A stretch of DNA of 60,844 nt, counting the filler. It is 3 parts of 3 records of this genome, joined end to end, with 100 filler letters (N's around TTAATTAATTAA, not from the genome) between each part and the next. Parts side by side here need not be neighbours in the genome. Positions count along the whole stretch, not along the records: positions 1 to 21,294 come from SRR22947725_1121; 2 more parts are not named here. One strand, 5' to 3'. Below the pieces are notes generated by a model, which had not been told where the DNA came from, searched no databases, and saw only the letters and a program-made list of their open reading frames with translations. The translations under genes were made by a program, and so were the position numbers. The first letter of the stretch is position 1. Each line of letters opens with the position of its first letter. This document shows, piece after piece, positions 1-11,576 of the stretch.

Positions 1-747
1 GCCTGCATGCCCCATTCTTTTTCCTTTTGGCGCTGTGAGTCCAGCTATGTAAGAAATGACAGGTTTTGTAATATTGGATTTAATGTATTCAGCTGCCTCT
101 TCTTCAGCGCTCCCACCAATCTCTCCAACCATTACAATTGAATGGGTATCTTCATCCACTTCAAATAATTTGAGGCAATCGATAAAGTTCATTCCTTGAA
201 CTGGATCACCACCGATACCGATGCATGTACTTTGACCGAGTCCGGCGAGTGTTGTTTGGTGGACCGCTTCATAGGTTAAGGTTCCAGATCTAGACACAAT
301 ACCTACAGTACCACTCTTATGAATGTTGCCAGGCATAATACCAAGTTTGCATTCATCTGGAGTTATAACGCCAGGGCAGTTGGGACCAATAAGTCTTGAT
401 TTACTGTCAGCAATAATCGCTTTAACCTTAATCATATCTTGAACAGGTATGCCTTCAGTAATGCAGGCAATTACAGGCATTTCAGCCTCAATTGCCTCAA
501 CTATGGAGGCATATGCAAATCGAGGTGGAACATAAATCATAGTGGCGCTAGCACCGGTCTCACTCATTGCATCTTTGACAGAATTAAATACTGGTTTCTC
601 TAGGTGAGTTTGGCCTCCTTTTCCTGGAGTAACCCCACCTACAAAGTCAGTGCCATAGGCAATAGATTGTTCAGAGTGAAAAGTACCCTGCTTACCAGTA
701 AAGCCCTGACAAATTACTTTTGTTTGTTTATTGATTAATACGCTCAT
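1..747 (-). CDS. sucD: Succinyl-CoA synthetase alpha subunit (3' end runs off the window)
   Basis: Manual translation from the ATG at 747 gives [25 protein letters not shown]..., then GPNCPG and [15 protein letters not shown] overlap with the sucC stop. Absent from the ORF track because it is open at the window edge. Confidence 0.96.
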   Translation of the reverse strand, partial: MSVLINKQTKVICQGFTGKQGTFHSEQSIAYGTDFVGGVTPGKGGQTHLEKPVFNSVKDAMSETGASATMIYVPPRFAYASIVEAIEAEMPVIACITEGIPVQDMIKVKAIIADSKSRLIGPNCPGVITPDECKLGIMPGNIHKSGTVGIVSRSGTLTYEAVHQTTLAGLGQSTCIGIGGDPVQGMNFIDCLKLFEVDEDTHSIVMVGEIGGSAEEEAAEYIKSNITKPVISYIAGLTAPKGKRMGHAG

Positions 748-1904
748 TTGGCCATCTCCACAACTTGTTTAGCGGCTTGAGTTAAGTCAGCCTCAGTAAT
801 AATGTTAAAGTTACTAGCATTTAAAATGTCTAATCCCTCTTTAGCATTTGTTCCCTCAAGTCGAACTACAATTGGAAGTGTTAGACCTACTTTTTCTATC
901 GCTTGAAGTATGCCGTTAGCAATGAGGTCACAACGAACAATACCTCCAAAGATATTGACTAAAATTGCCTTTACATTTTCCCCACTTTGAATTATTTCAA
1001 AAGCCTTCGCAACTCTTTCAGATGTAGTACCGCCACCAACATCTAAGAAATTAGCAGGAGAGCCACCATGGTATTCAATTAAATCCATAGTCGCCATTGC
1101 CAGTCCAGCACCATTGACCATGCATCCAACTGTTCCATCTAGTGAAATATAATTTAACTCATATTCACTCGCACTTCTCTCTTTCTCATCCTCTTGAGCA
1201 ACATCTCTTAGAGCCAAAATTGATTCATTTCTATAGAGAGCGTTATCATCAAAATCAATTTTGCCATCGAGTGCCATAATTTGATTATCGCCGGTAATAA
1301 TGAGTGGGTTAATTTCAATTAGATTTGCATCATGCGTTGTAAAAATTTCATATAGCCCCATAAGAGCTTGAGAGAACTCATCATGAAGTGATTCGTTCAA
1401 GCCCAGCTTCACTGAAACTTCGCTGCACTCATCTAAAGATAGTTTGCTGAGTGGATTGGTTTTCATCTTGATAATTTTATCGGGAGTATCAGAGGCAACC
1501 TTTTCAATGTCCATTCCACCTTCAGTTGAAGCTAAAACGGTAATTCTTTCTGAGGCGCGATCAACTAGAAGACCTAAATATAATTCTTTAGCAATATCTT
1601 GGCCAGCTTCAATGATGACTTCATTAACAGGTTGACCATTTGCATCAGTCTGAGGAGTTATCAGATTAGTTCCCAGCAGATTTTCACTCGCTTCAATTGC
1701 ATCTTGGATATTTTTGCATACAATGACGCCACCACCCTTACCTCTACCTCCAGCATGAACTTGGGCTTTTACAACCCATATGGAGCCACCTAGTTTATTG
1801 CAAGCAGATTCAGTATCTGCCGCATTTGAAACGACGATAAAGTTTGGCACTTTAATACCATTTTTCTTAAATAAGTCTTTAGCCTGGTGTTCATGTATAT
1901 GCAT
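744..1904 (-). CDS. sucC: Succinyl-CoA synthetase beta subunit
   Basis: MHIHEHQAK start, [35 protein letters not shown] motifs. Confidence 0.98.
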   Translation of the reverse strand: MHIHEHQAKDLFKKNGIKVPNFIVVSNAADTESACNKLGGSIWVVKAQVHAGGRGKGGGVIVCKNIQDAIEASENLLGTNLITPQTDANGQPVNEVIIEAGQDIAKELYLGLLVDRASERITVLASTEGGMDIEKVASDTPDKIIKMKTNPLSKLSLDECSEVSVKLGLNESLHDEFSQALMGLYEIFTTHDANLIEINPLIITGDNQIMALDGKIDFDDNALYRNESILALRDVAQEDEKERSASEYELNYISLDGTVGCMVNGAGLAMATMDLIEYHGGSPANFLDVGGGTTSERVAKAFEIIQSGENVKAILVNIFGGIVRCDLIANGILQAIEKVGLTLPIVVRLEGTNAKEGLDILNASNFNIITEADLTQAAKQVVEMAK

Positions 1905-2082
1905 ATAATTAAAAGAATTAGGGTTAAAATATTAGGGTGAGTATTTTATCATTCTTCGATTGCCGACTATATTTTATTAGGCTATTTATTCGAATTATGA
2001 AAACCTCTCTGATCTATCTTATTAAAATATCGATTTAAATTACGCCACATACTATTTCAAAAAATTTTAGGATCAATAAATT

Positions 2083-2643
2083 ATGAACTACAACACCAGC
2101 CAGTTTAAAAATGGTATGAAATTAATGCTTGAAGGCAACCCATGTTCAATTGTTAATAACGAAATTGTAAAGCCTGGAAAGGGACAAGCTTTTAATCGAG
2201 TTAAATTTAAAGACTTAATTACTGGAAAAACCTTAGAGAAAACTTTTAAATCAGGTGAGTCACTTGAGGCTGCAGATGTCATGGAATTGGAAATGCAGTA
2301 TTTGTATAGTGATGGAGAAAAGTGGCATTTTATGGATCCTGCATCATTTGAACAATTTGATTTAGGTCAGGAGTCAATGGGTAGCGCCTTAAACTATCTC
2401 GTAGAGCAAGACACTTGTATTGTAACGCTTTGGAATAATAATCCAATATCAGTCAACCCACCTAATCATGTTATTTTGGAAGTTACTGATACAGATCCTG
2501 GACTCAAGGGTGATACAGCAGGTACTGGTGGAAAGCCAGCCACATTAAATACAGGTGTTGTTGTTCAAGTTCCTTTATTTGTAAGTATAGGCGATAAAGT
2601 TAAAGTTGATACAAGAACGAATGAATACTCAGGGCGTGCTTAA
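2083..2643 (+). CDS. efp: Elongation factor P
   Basis: KPGKGQAF loop (Lys34 type), [23 protein letters not shown]. Confidence 0.98.
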   Translation: MNYNTSQFKNGMKLMLEGNPCSIVNNEIVKPGKGQAFNRVKFKDLITGKTLEKTFKSGESLEAADVMELEMQYLYSDGEKWHFMDPASFEQFDLGQESMGSALNYLVEQDTCIVTLWNNNPISVNPPNHVILEVTDTDPGLKGDTAGTGGKPATLNTGVVVQVPLFVSIGDKVKVDTRTNEYSGRA

Positions 2644-2654
2644 TTGACGTCTTC

Positions 2655-3542
2655 ATGTCTAAAGTTAAAAAAAATCTCAGGGAGTATCAAGACTTTACTC
2701 GAACAATTCGAGATTTCTTTTACTCACGTCAAGTCATTGAGGTAGTAACCCCTTCTCTATTGGAAGCCCCATCAACCGACGTTTACATTGATAGCATTGA
2801 AGTTTTAGTTAATCAGGCCCTCTCAAAATCATCCAAGCTTTACCTACACACTTCACCAGAACTTGAAATGAAGCGACTGTTATCTAAAGGAAGTGGTGAT
2901 ATTTTTCAAATTTGTCAGGTTTTTAGAGACAACGAGCATGGACGAATTAACTCTAACGAGTTCACAATGCTTGAGTTTTACCGTATTGAATTTAACATAC
3001 ATCAACTGATGGATGAAATCATAGAGCTATTGGCTGCCCTAGGTTCAAGTGCACCCTCACAGAAGCTGTCATATGCCCAAGTATTTTTTGAGTATTCAGA
3101 TATCGATATACTTAATAGTGACATTCATGATCTCAAAGAGATAACGAATTCATTGGGTTTAAATTCTGATTACGAGTGGATTGAAGATATCCAAATGCTG
3201 CTTTTTGTTCATTTAATTGAACCAAAGCTCAAAGAGATTCCCATATGCTTAATCTATGATTTTCCGAAACAGCAGGCTGCCCTTGCCGAAATTCATGGCC
3301 CTATAGCACATCGATTTGAAATGTACATGAATGGCACTGAGATTGCCAATGGCTACCAAGAAATACAGTTTGCAAATGATTACCGAGACCGCTTTAATAC
3401 TGAACTCAATAAAAGGAAGGCCTTATCTAAGCCTTTTGAGTTCCTTGATAACGGCTTCCTGGAGGACCTTGAAGAAGGCATCCCTAAGTGCTCTGGGGTA
3501 GCCATTGGGATTGAGAGACTATATTCATTATTGAGTCTATAA
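2655..3542 (+). CDS. epmA: EF-P lysine aminoacylase (EpmA/GenX/PoxA)
   Basis: LHTSPELEMKRLL, FRDNE, EFTMLEFYR, EIANGYQE, CSGVAIGIERL. LysRS-like catalytic domain only, directly after efp. Confidence 0.93.
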   Translation: MSKVKKNLREYQDFTRTIRDFFYSRQVIEVVTPSLLEAPSTDVYIDSIEVLVNQALSKSSKLYLHTSPELEMKRLLSKGSGDIFQICQVFRDNEHGRINSNEFTMLEFYRIEFNIHQLMDEIIELLAALGSSAPSQKLSYAQVFFEYSDIDILNSDIHDLKEITNSLGLNSDYEWIEDIQMLLFVHLIEPKLKEIPICLIYDFPKQQAALAEIHGPIAHRFEMYMNGTEIANGYQEIQFANDYRDRFNTELNKRKALSKPFEFLDNGFLEDLEEGIPKCSGVAIGIERLYSLLSL

Positions 3543-3583
3543 TTGAAAGTGAACTAAATATTAAAGAGGGCCTTTAAATAATT

Positions 3584-4033
3584 TTGGAAAATTCAAACGC
3601 ACCTTTTTGGCAGACTAAGTCGCTTCAAGAAATGAGCATTGAGGAGTGGGAGTCACTCTGCGATGGATGTGGGCGATGCTGTCTGCATAAGCTAGAAGAT
3701 GATAGTTCGGGGAAGGTTTACTTTACAGATGTTGCATGCCATTATCTTGATGAAGAGAGCTGCTCTTGTCCACATTATTTAGATCGTCAAAAGTATGTCC
3801 CAGATTGCCTAACTATTAATCCAGGTTGGGGTCAAAAGTTCAATTGGCTGCCAACTACATGCGCATATCGGTTACTATATGAAGGAAAAGCCCTTCATGA
3901 GTGGCATCCACTTATCAGTGGAGACAAAAATAGCGTTCATTTAGCGGGAATTTCAGTCAGAGGCAGAACTTATAGGGATAACGAAATTAACGAAGATCAA
4001 TTATTCGAACATGTTATTAAATGGGTTGAATAG
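3584..4033 (+). CDS. YcgN/UPF0260 family cysteine-cluster protein
   Basis: FWQTKSLQEMS.EEWESLCDGCGRCCLHKLED, WLPTTCAYR, WHPLISG. TTG start. Confidence 0.9.
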   Translation: MENSNAPFWQTKSLQEMSIEEWESLCDGCGRCCLHKLEDDSSGKVYFTDVACHYLDEESCSCPHYLDRQKYVPDCLTINPGWGQKFNWLPTTCAYRLLYEGKALHEWHPLISGDKNSVHLAGISVRGRTYRDNEINEDQLFEHVIKWVE

Positions 4034-4426
4034 ATGAAAAAATTAATCACATTAATATTCAGCTTGCTCATCACTTTCAATGTTTTGGCTAACGATTGGC
4101 CACATCAAAACATTTCAAAAGCAGTCTTTGCTCTAGACATTAAAGATAGGACACCTATCAATATTATTAAAGAGCTTGACAATTCTTTGGGTAAAATCTA
4201 TTTTTTTACAAATATCCGTAACCTTCAAGGTCAGCGAGTTACGCATCGCTGGATATACAACAACAAAGTAATGGCAGATGTTGTTTTTGATGTTGGCGGA
4301 CCAAGATGGAGAGTCTGGTCTTCGAAAAATTTGTGGCCAACTTGGATTGGAGTATGGAGCGTTGAAGTGCTCAGTGCGGATGGTGAAGTACTTTATCAAA
4401 AAGAATTTAACTACAAAAATAAATAA
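4034..4426 (+). CDS. Exported DUF2914-like protein
   Basis: Signal peptide, then IYFFTNI..L.GQ.VTHRW and [12 protein letters not shown]...W.G.WSVEV pattern. Confidence 0.75.
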   Translation: MKKLITLIFSLLITFNVLANDWPHQNISKAVFALDIKDRTPINIIKELDNSLGKIYFFTNIRNLQGQRVTHRWIYNNKVMADVVFDVGGPRWRVWSSKNLWPTWIGVWSVEVLSADGEVLYQKEFNYKNK

Positions 4427-5622
4427 TGAAAAAAGTTGTATTGGCATATTCAGGCGGTTTAGACACTAGCATCATTGCTAAGTGGCTCCAAGATACATAT
4501 AGTTGTGAGGTCGTTACCTTTACGGCTGATATCGGTCAAGGCGAAGAAGTTGAGCCAGCCCGATTGAAGGCTGAGGCAATGGGAATCAAAGAAATTTATA
4601 TTGAAGACTTGAAAGAAGAGTTTGCACGTGATTTTGTTTTTCCAATGTTTAGAGCAAATGCAATCTATGAGGGTGAGTATCTTTTAGGCACCTCTATCGC
4701 TCGACCTTTAATTTCTAAAAGACTTGTGGAGATTGCTAAGGAGGTTGGCGCTGATGCGATTTCTCATGGAGCAACTGGAAAAGGAAATGATCAGGTAAGG
4801 TTTGAATTAAATGCTTATGCTATTAACTCTGAAATTCAGATTATAGCTCCATGGCGTGAGTGGGATTTATCATCTCGTGAAAGCTTAATGGACTATGCAG
4901 AAAAGCATAATATTGAGGTTGATTATAAGAAACAATCAAAAAAATCTCCATACTCTATGGATGCAAATCTGCTCCACATATCTTATGAGGGCGATCTTTT
5001 AGAAGACCCATGGCAAGAGGCTGAAGATGAAATGTGGCGCTGGACAGTATCTCCTGAGAACGCTCCTGATAAGCCTGAATATATTGAGCTAACTTATGAA
5101 AAAGGTGATATTACAGCAATTAATGGCTCACCTATGTCACCAGCAAAAGTAATGGAGACATTGAATCAGCTTGCTGGAGCGCATGGCATAGGGCGTCTTG
5201 ATATTGTTGAAAATCGTTTTGTTGGAATGAAGTCACGAGGCTGTTACGAAACTCCAGCTGGCACTATTATGCTTAAAGCGCATCGTGCGATAGAGTCATT
5301 AACCTTGGATCGTGAAGCGGCTCATCTAAAAGATGAGCTAATGCCCAAATATGCCAAACTTATTTACAATGGTTTTTGGTTTGCACCAGAGCGTGAAATG
5401 ATGCAGGCAGCTATTGATGCTTCTCAGGAAAATGTGAGTGGTGTTGTCAGAGTTAAGCTATACAAGGGCAATACTTCAGTTGTTGGAAGAAAATCTGACA
5501 ACAGTTTGTTTAGCGAGAAAATTGCAACATTTGAGGATGACGGAGGCGCATACAACCAAAAAGATGCGGAGGGCTTTATCAAGCTTAATGCACTAAGACT
5601 TAGATTGAAATCCCTCCAATAG
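4426..5622 (+). CDS. argG: Argininosuccinate synthase
   Basis: [53 protein letters not shown]. Confidence 0.98.
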   Translation: MKKVVLAYSGGLDTSIIAKWLQDTYSCEVVTFTADIGQGEEVEPARLKAEAMGIKEIYIEDLKEEFARDFVFPMFRANAIYEGEYLLGTSIARPLISKRLVEIAKEVGADAISHGATGKGNDQVRFELNAYAINSEIQIIAPWREWDLSSRESLMDYAEKHNIEVDYKKQSKKSPYSMDANLLHISYEGDLLEDPWQEAEDEMWRWTVSPENAPDKPEYIELTYEKGDITAINGSPMSPAKVMETLNQLAGAHGIGRLDIVENRFVGMKSRGCYETPAGTIMLKAHRAIESLTLDREAAHLKDELMPKYAKLIYNGFWFAPEREMMQAAIDASQENVSGVVRVKLYKGNTSVVGRKSDNSLFSEKIATFEDDGGAYNQKDAEGFIKLNALRLRLKSLQ

Positions 5623-6104
5623 TGATAAAAGTCGGCATCCTTTCTGATACTCATGGAGTAATTCATCCTGAAATTATTAAGCTCATGAACGACTGTGATT
5701 TTGTGATTCATGCAGGCGATATAGTCGATGAAGATTCTCTAAGAGTGTTAAGGCCAAAACAAAAAATGATTGCTGTTAAGGGCAATAATGATTTGCATAT
5801 CAGTTCCCTTGGAGAGGTAGAGATGCTTGACCTTCCTGGTGGCAATATAGCGGTAGAGCATGGCCATATGCATGGTCATATTCAGCCAAGTCATGATTCT
5901 TTAAGGGATACTTACCCCAACGCCAAAATAGTTGTATATGGGCACACACATAAACAGGTCATTGACAAAGAAGGGTCTACTTGGGTGGTCAATCCAGGTT
6001 CAGCTGGAAAGACTCGGAACTATGGCGCAGCAAAATGCCTACAACTGACCATTAATAATAATGAATGGGATATTGAGCCACAAATTTTTGATGATGTTTT
6101 CTAA
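5622..6104 (+). CDS. YfcE-like metallophosphoesterase
   Basis: SDTHG, HAGD, GNND, GHTH, NPGS calcineurin-like motifs. Confidence 0.9.
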   Translation: MIKVGILSDTHGVIHPEIIKLMNDCDFVIHAGDIVDEDSLRVLRPKQKMIAVKGNNDLHISSLGEVEMLDLPGGNIAVEHGHMHGHIQPSHDSLRDTYPNAKIVVYGHTHKQVIDKEGSTWVVNPGSAGKTRNYGAAKCLQLTINNNEWDIEPQIFDDVF

Positions 6105-6118
6105 TTAATCAATTAGCC

Positions 6119-6589
6119 TTAATCGATTGATCCACCCTCAATGATTTCATCAGCAGTTGCATCTCGAACTGACAATACTTCAACATAAAAAATAATATCT
6201 TTTCCTGCAAGAGGGTGATTTCCATCAATGGTCAATTTGCCATCTTCAATGCTTGAAACAATAAAATCTTTAGTGCCGCCTTTATCATTTTGCATGGTTA
6301 CAGCTGCACCAATAAATCGGTACTCTACAGGTACATTATTAATTTCATCAGTAAAAATCAACTCTTCTAATTTTGGGCCAAAGGCATCTTCAGCCTTAAG
6401 AAGAATTTCTACCTCATCCCCAACTGATTTACCTTCTAACTCTTTGGTAACTTGATTGAATAAAAGTGTATTGTCACCTTGAACGTAACCCAAAGGCTCT
6501 TCAACTTGCTCTATAACTTCACCATTAGTTTGGTCGATGATTCTATAGGTTAGTTCAACAAATTTATTCGTTGTAATTGTATTACTCAT
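6119..6589 (-). CDS. FKBP-type peptidyl-prolyl isomerase (SlyD-like, no His-rich tail)
   Basis: PLGYVQG, LEGKSVGD, AEDAFG, IDGNHPLAGK, VRDATADEI. Confidence 0.88.
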   Translation of the reverse strand: MSNTITTNKFVELTYRIIDQTNGEVIEQVEEPLGYVQGDNTLLFNQVTKELEGKSVGDEVEILLKAEDAFGPKLEELIFTDEINNVPVEYRFIGAAVTMQNDKGGTKDFIVSSIEDGKLTIDGNHPLAGKDIIFYVEVLSVRDATADEIIEGGSID

Positions 6590-6606
6590 GCCTTCAACTA
6601 AAAAAT

Positions 6607-6957
6607 TTAGAAAATTGTTGCACCAAATATTTTAACTTCACCCTCTTCAATACCCAAAACAAGTCGACCTAAGAATTCTCCAGGAACCTCATCACTTGTC
6701 TGCTTGTATAGGACTGTTATGTATTCACCTCGCCTAAGACAACCTAAAAATTCTCTCTCAACGGAAAGACTAGATAGCATTTTATTTTTTGTCCATTGTT
6801 TGCCAATCTCAATTTCATTGGCACCCATTAGCATTTCTTTTGAAAAATGCTTAATAAAGCCGAGGTAGTCTCTTTTATTTGATGATACAACTAAATCATC
6901 CCATAGTGGTTCTGCTATTTCTAGAATTTCATCATTAGTTTTTTCAAGAAGGTTCAT
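6607..6957 (-). CDS. Hypothetical protein downstream of aprA
   Basis: 116-aa ORF co-oriented between aprA and the FKBP gene. No recognised motif. Confidence 0.75.
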   Translation of the reverse strand: MNLLEKTNDEILEIAEPLWDDLVVSSNKRDYLGFIKHFSKEMLMGANEIEIGKQWTKNKMLSSLSVEREFLGCLRRGEYITVLYKQTSDEVPGEFLGRLVLGIEEGEVKIFGATIF

Positions 6958-6980
6958 TTATTCATCCGGTAGTTAAAATT

Positions 6981-7008
6981 ATTGAGGCCTCAAGTAAGAG
7001 GCCTCAAT
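6981..7008 (-). terminator. Strong stem-loop just after aprA (terminator or mRNA-stabilising hairpin)
   Basis: ATTGAGGCCTC-AAGTAA-GAGGCCTCAAT perfect 11-bp inverted repeat, weak U-tract. Confidence 0.6.
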
Positions 7009-7029
7009 TCACTATTTATCTTTTATTGA

Positions 7030-8865
7030 CTAATCAACTATATGATAAAGAGGTGCTTTTTCCATTGCCCATTCACCAGTCTTTGGATCACGTCTAGAGA
7101 CAGTAAGACAGTGCCAATTATCATCATCAAGTTTCATATGATCGCCTCGATAATAATATCCTGGCCAGCGTGTTTCTTCACGAAACAGAGTATGCTGAGC
7201 AACACACTCAGAAGTTATTGTTCTGTGTTTTAATTCCCATCCACGCATCAGTTGGTGTAAGTCCTCTGCACCAATATGTTCAAGATCTTCTTGAAGGATA
7301 CCAAGCAACTCTATACCACGAGTAAGAAGATTACCATTGGTCATATAATTCACACTAATACCTCCAACATATTCATCCATAATTTTTTCAAGTCTTTGAA
7401 GGCCTTGAATTGGCAATAAATAGCTAGGAGAAACTGTACCAGCAGTAATTTCGTTACGACCAACAGTATAGTTTTCAAGAGGTTTAAAAATTATTTCTTT
7501 AAGTTCATCACACTGCTTGTTGCTAACTTGGATCTTATCATCACCCATATCTTGGATGTACTTAACAGCAGCTTTAGCTGCTATCCTTCCTTCCGTAAAT
7601 GAGCCTGATGAGAATTTATGAGCAGTTCCACCAACAGTATCACCCGCTCCAAAAAGTCCATCTACAGTAAGCATTCTATTGTATCCCCAGAAATATTCAG
7701 GAGGAGAAATATCTTCAGGACCACTCACCCATGCACCTGAACAGGTCGCATGAGAGCCCATAACGTAGGGCTCAGAGGTAGTAAGCTCAGGATTTGTATA
7801 TTTAGGATCAATATTCTGTGACGCCCAAACTACAGCTTGACCAACAGTCATACCTAGAAAGTTCTCCCAGCCAATAACCTCAAGATGAGGGTCTTGGAAG
7901 GCTTCCATTGTAACCATATGAATTGGTCCTCTTCCAGCCTTAACCTCTTCAATAAATGCATGATTTCTTAAGCAAGTTGGTGTTGGTGTATGGTCAATGT
8001 ACTCACCCACCATAGCTTTGGTATGCTCATACCACTTTGACTCATATTCCTCACCATAAGTATTTTGAGTATAAGTCTTAAGATGAAGGAAATAAGCACC
8101 AACAGGTCCATATCCATCTTTAAATCGAGTTAATACAATACGGTTTTCCATTTGTGTCATCTTAGCACCAACTTGAATAGGAAGTGCGTATGCAGAACCA
8201 CTACTCCAAGGAGCGTACCAAGTTCTACCCATGCCTTCACCAACTGAGCGAGGCTTGAAAATATGAGAAGCACCACCAGCACCAACAATAACTGCTTTAG
8301 CTTTAAACACATGGTAATCACCAGTTCGACAATTAAACCCAACTGCACCACCAACGCGGTTTTCTTTAGCTTCATCCATCAATAGATGGGTAATCATTAT
8401 TCGGTTATAGATTTTATCAACTGACTTACGTGCAGCTTCTGCAACGATTGGCTTATAACTTTCTCCATGGATCATAATCTGCCATTTTCCTTCACGCTGA
8501 TAGCGCCCAGTCTCTTCATTTCTCATAATGGGTAGGCCCCATTCTTCAAATTTATGAACAGCTGAGTCAACATGTCGAGCCATATCAAAAGCAAGATCTT
8601 CACGAACAAGTCCCATTAAGTCATTTCTTGCATACCTTACATGGTCCTCAGGTTGGTTCTCATCCCATTGCATTCCCATGTAGCAGTTGATAGCATACAA
8701 GCCTTGAGCAACCGCACCACTTCGATCAATGTTTGCTTTTTCTGCACAAATAATTCTCATATCACGGCCCCAGTATCTCGCCTCATAGGCGGCACCAGTT
8801 CCAGCCATTCCACCACCAACAACTAGAATGTCACAGTCTTCCCAAACAGTTTTTCTTTTTGCCAT
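7030..8865 (-). CDS. aprA: Adenylylsulfate (APS) reductase alpha subunit
   Basis: GGGMAG FAD motif, RSGAVAQGLYAINCY, GKWQIMIHGESYKP, HKFSSGSFTEGR, REETRWPGYYYR. Confidence 0.98.
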   Translation of the reverse strand: MAKRKTVWEDCDILVVGGGMAGTGAAYEARYWGRDMRIICAEKANIDRSGAVAQGLYAINCYMGMQWDENQPEDHVRYARNDLMGLVREDLAFDMARHVDSAVHKFEEWGLPIMRNEETGRYQREGKWQIMIHGESYKPIVAEAARKSVDKIYNRIMITHLLMDEAKENRVGGAVGFNCRTGDYHVFKAKAVIVGAGGASHIFKPRSVGEGMGRTWYAPWSSGSAYALPIQVGAKMTQMENRIVLTRFKDGYGPVGAYFLHLKTYTQNTYGEEYESKWYEHTKAMVGEYIDHTPTPTCLRNHAFIEEVKAGRGPIHMVTMEAFQDPHLEVIGWENFLGMTVGQAVVWASQNIDPKYTNPELTTSEPYVMGSHATCSGAWVSGPEDISPPEYFWGYNRMLTVDGLFGAGDTVGGTAHKFSSGSFTEGRIAAKAAVKYIQDMGDDKIQVSNKQCDELKEIIFKPLENYTVGRNEITAGTVSPSYLLPIQGLQRLEKIMDEYVGGISVNYMTNGNLLTRGIELLGILQEDLEHIGAEDLHQLMRGWELKHRTITSECVAQHTLFREETRWPGYYYRGDHMKLDDDNWHCLTVSRRDPKTGEWAMEKAPLYHIVD

Positions 8866-9335
8866 TAGTAATATACTCCCTCTTTAAGCTTGTCCTTACT
8901 GATGACAGGTAAACCTGTTTCAACATTAAGTGCATCAGGCTCAAAACACAATAGTTGTGAGTCAAGGGCTGCCTGATCAGGAACTTCTAAATCACCAAGC
9001 TTTGGGATCTTCTCTCCCCATGGTTGAGTAGTGATAGGTGAGACAAAATTTTTCTCACGGCCATCTCTAAACTTAATCTTCCATGAGATAGTTCCTTTTT
9101 CTTCTTCACGAAGAACTCTCACGCTATGACCAAGAGGAGCAAAGTCAGTATAGCCTCTTGCGTCAATTGCATTTTGAGGGCATGCTTTCACACAAGAGTA
9201 GCACTCCCAGCACATATTTGGTTCAATGTTAACTGCACGACGAATAGTTTTGTCGATGTGCATGATATCTGATGGGCAGATATCAACACAGTGTCCACAT
9301 CCATCGCATCTTGTCATGTATACAAAAGTTGGCAT
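8865..9335 (-). CDS. aprB: APS reductase beta subunit (2x[4Fe-4S])
   Basis: MPTFV...CDGCGHCVDICPSD and CWECYSCVKACP, RGYTDFAP. Confidence 0.98.
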   Translation of the reverse strand: MPTFVYMTRCDGCGHCVDICPSDIMHIDKTIRRAVNIEPNMCWECYSCVKACPQNAIDARGYTDFAPLGHSVRVLREEEKGTISWKIKFRDGREKNFVSPITTQPWGEKIPKLGDLEVPDQAALDSQLLCFEPDALNVETGLPVISKDKLKEGVYY

Positions 9336-9360
9336 AATATTTTCTCCGAAAAATTAATTA

Positions 9361-10155
9361 TTAATAGTGACGTGGTGCTTCACGTTTGATTCCAAGGCCA
9401 AATTTCTCTGGCATATCTGCGGGCTCTGGAAGGTTTTCTCTTGATCCATCTGCCTTGGTAACTCTTTTTTGAAAAGCTGCAGCTGGCTTATAAAACATGT
9501 GTGCAAATTTTGACCACAAAACGCCACCAAAAAGAACAGTGCTTGCAATTATAAAAAGACCAAAGAATAGAGTCTGCCAAATTGCTACACCGTTAGCTTG
9601 AAAATAGGACCAAATTAGTGCAAAAGTTGCCATCGCAATAAGCGACAGAACAAATAGATCTGCTCTCATTACCCTGTACCACTTATTTCCCTCTGCGGCG
9701 ACATCAACTCTAATGAAGAACCAAAACCAGTAGCCACCAACACATAACATTGCAGCACCTAAATGCCATAATAATGGCCATAGTGATGGAGTTATAGAGC
9801 TTGGAGTGGAGTATGAGAATATCATGACTGCAGTCGCTATGACAAACAGCACAAATCCATACATTGTAAGAAGATGAGCGAGTCTTCTTCTAGTGCTGCA
9901 AAACTCTGAGGAGGTTAAGACTTCGTTAGTAGCAGTTTTGAAAGCAATTGAAACTTTCTCTCCTGAGCTAACTTCTCTTGTGGCAGATTTTTTTGCCTTA
10001 ACTGAATTATTAAAAAAGTATTTAGCACTTTTCTTATGTACAACGTCAAAAAGAGTTGCACCAATCACAAGAAGAAACATCACAACAACATAGGTTTGCA
10101 TCACAAGTGATGGTATGAAGGCTGATATTTCAGAAAATGGGTTTATAGAGATCAT
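9361..10155 (-). CDS. aprM: APS reductase membrane anchor AprM
   Basis: Multi-TM protein directly upstream of aprBA, with HKKSAKYFF, EF.S..RR.AHLLTMYG, WSKFAHMFYKPAAA. Confidence 0.9.
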   Translation of the reverse strand: MISINPFSEISAFIPSLVMQTYVVVMFLLVIGATLFDVVHKKSAKYFFNNSVKAKKSATREVSSGEKVSIAFKTATNEVLTSSEFCSTRRRLAHLLTMYGFVLFVIATAVMIFSYSTPSSITPSLWPLLWHLGAAMLCVGGYWFWFFIRVDVAAEGNKWYRVMRADLFVLSLIAMATFALIWSYFQANGVAIWQTLFFGLFIIASTVLFGGVLWSKFAHMFYKPAAAFQKRVTKADGSRENLPEPADMPEKFGLGIKREAPRHY

Positions 10156-10326
10156 GTTATATTTTTCCTTTAATTAATTGCATTACGAACTACTTTTTTC
10201 AAACTAAATGCACTATATTTCCGAGCGTGCAATTGTAGGTGAAACAGGCTCTAGAAGTGTGAATTTTATAGAACCAGAAAACTCATAACTAATGGACCAG
10301 TCGATATTATGTATTGTTATCATTGC

Positions 10327-11532
10327 CTACTTCGCAGAGTGCCCCTTAAGTTCCACTTTAACTTTGTCACTATCCTTAATTTCAGAGTAATATTTTTGGA
10401 GAATTTTAAGAACCTCTGGCCTTGAAAAGTTTTCCGGGACATCTTCGTTTTCGCTAAGGAGATGTCTTAATTTTGATCCTGAGAGAAGGAGTCTGTCTTC
10501 GTGACTGTGAGGGCAAGTTTTCATGCTGGACATTCCAGCACATTTGTTGCACCAGAAGGTCCAATCAATTTTTAATGGTTTAGTCACTAAATCAGCACCA
10601 ATATCATCAAATATATTGTGAGCATCAAACGGACCATAATAATCACCAACACCAGCATGATCTCTGCCAACAATTAAGTGAGAGCAGCCATAATTTTGTC
10701 TAAATAAGGCGTGTAATAGTGCCTCCCTAGGTCCAGCATATCTCATATCTAATGGGTAACCTGACTGAAGAACGGTATTTTTGACAAAGTAGTTTTTAAT
10801 CAATGTTGATATAGCCTCTGATCGAACATCAGCAGGAATATCTCCAGGCTTAAGTTCTCCCAATGTAGAATGAATCATGACACCATCACATATTTCTATT
10901 GCAATCTTTGCCAAGTATTCATGAGACCTATGCATAGGATTTCGAGTTTGGAATGCAGCAATGCTTGACCAACCTTTTTCATCAAAATAAGAGCGAGTTT
11001 CTGAAGGGGTCATGTAAAGTTCACCGTATTGCTCAGGAAAACCGCCATCAGACAAGACCTTTACTGAGCCAGCTAGATTGTATTTACCCTGAGCCATGAC
11101 AATTGCCACACCAGGATGGTCGGTATCATTTGTCTTGAAAACTTTCTTACATTCAAGTTCTTTATCGATTGTATATTTTTCTGAGATGAGCATGGTCGCA
11201 ATAATCTCATTAGTTTTTTCATATACAATCGCAACTTCTTGTCCTACTTTAATATCCTCATCATCTGAAGACAGGGTTATAGGGATAGGCCAAAAAGTGC
11301 CATTTTCTAGTGCCATGTTGTGGCAAACACTTAACCAATCCGCCTGATTCATAAAGCCTTCAAGGGGAGTAAATCCTCCTATACCAAACATGATGACATC
11401 ACCAAATTCTCTAGACGAGCAAATAACCTGAGTTAATGAGCTTGATTTTTTTTGTTCGATTTTTAAGTCATCACCTTCTAGGGCGAGGATTTTGAGTTCA
11501 TTACTTCCATGAGGTGGAACAAGTTTGGACAT
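10327..11532 (-). CDS. sat: Sulfate adenylyltransferase (ATP sulfurylase)
   Basis: [44 protein letters not shown]. Confidence 0.98.
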   Translation of the reverse strand: MSKLVPPHGSNELKILALEGDDLKIEQKKSSSLTQVICSSREFGDVIMFGIGGFTPLEGFMNQADWLSVCHNMALENGTFWPIPITLSSDDEDIKVGQEVAIVYEKTNEIIATMLISEKYTIDKELECKKVFKTNDTDHPGVAIVMAQGKYNLAGSVKVLSDGGFPEQYGELYMTPSETRSYFDEKGWSSIAAFQTRNPMHRSHEYLAKIAIEICDGVMIHSTLGELKPGDIPADVRSEAISTLIKNYFVKNTVLQSGYPLDMRYAGPREALLHALFRQNYGCSHLIVGRDHAGVGDYYGPFDAHNIFDDIGADLVTKPLKIDWTFWCNKCAGMSSMKTCPHSHEDRLLLSGSKLRHLLSENEDVPENFSRPEVLKILQKYYSEIKDSDKVKVELKGHSAK

Positions 11533-11576
11533 ATAATTTTTTTAAAGTTTTAATAAATTTTTTAGATTTTTCTATA

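Noticed and set aside
7030-11532. sat-apr as evidence of a sulfate reducer
   Set aside because: AprM anchor, no qmo genes and gammaproteobacterial context indicate the oxidative type.
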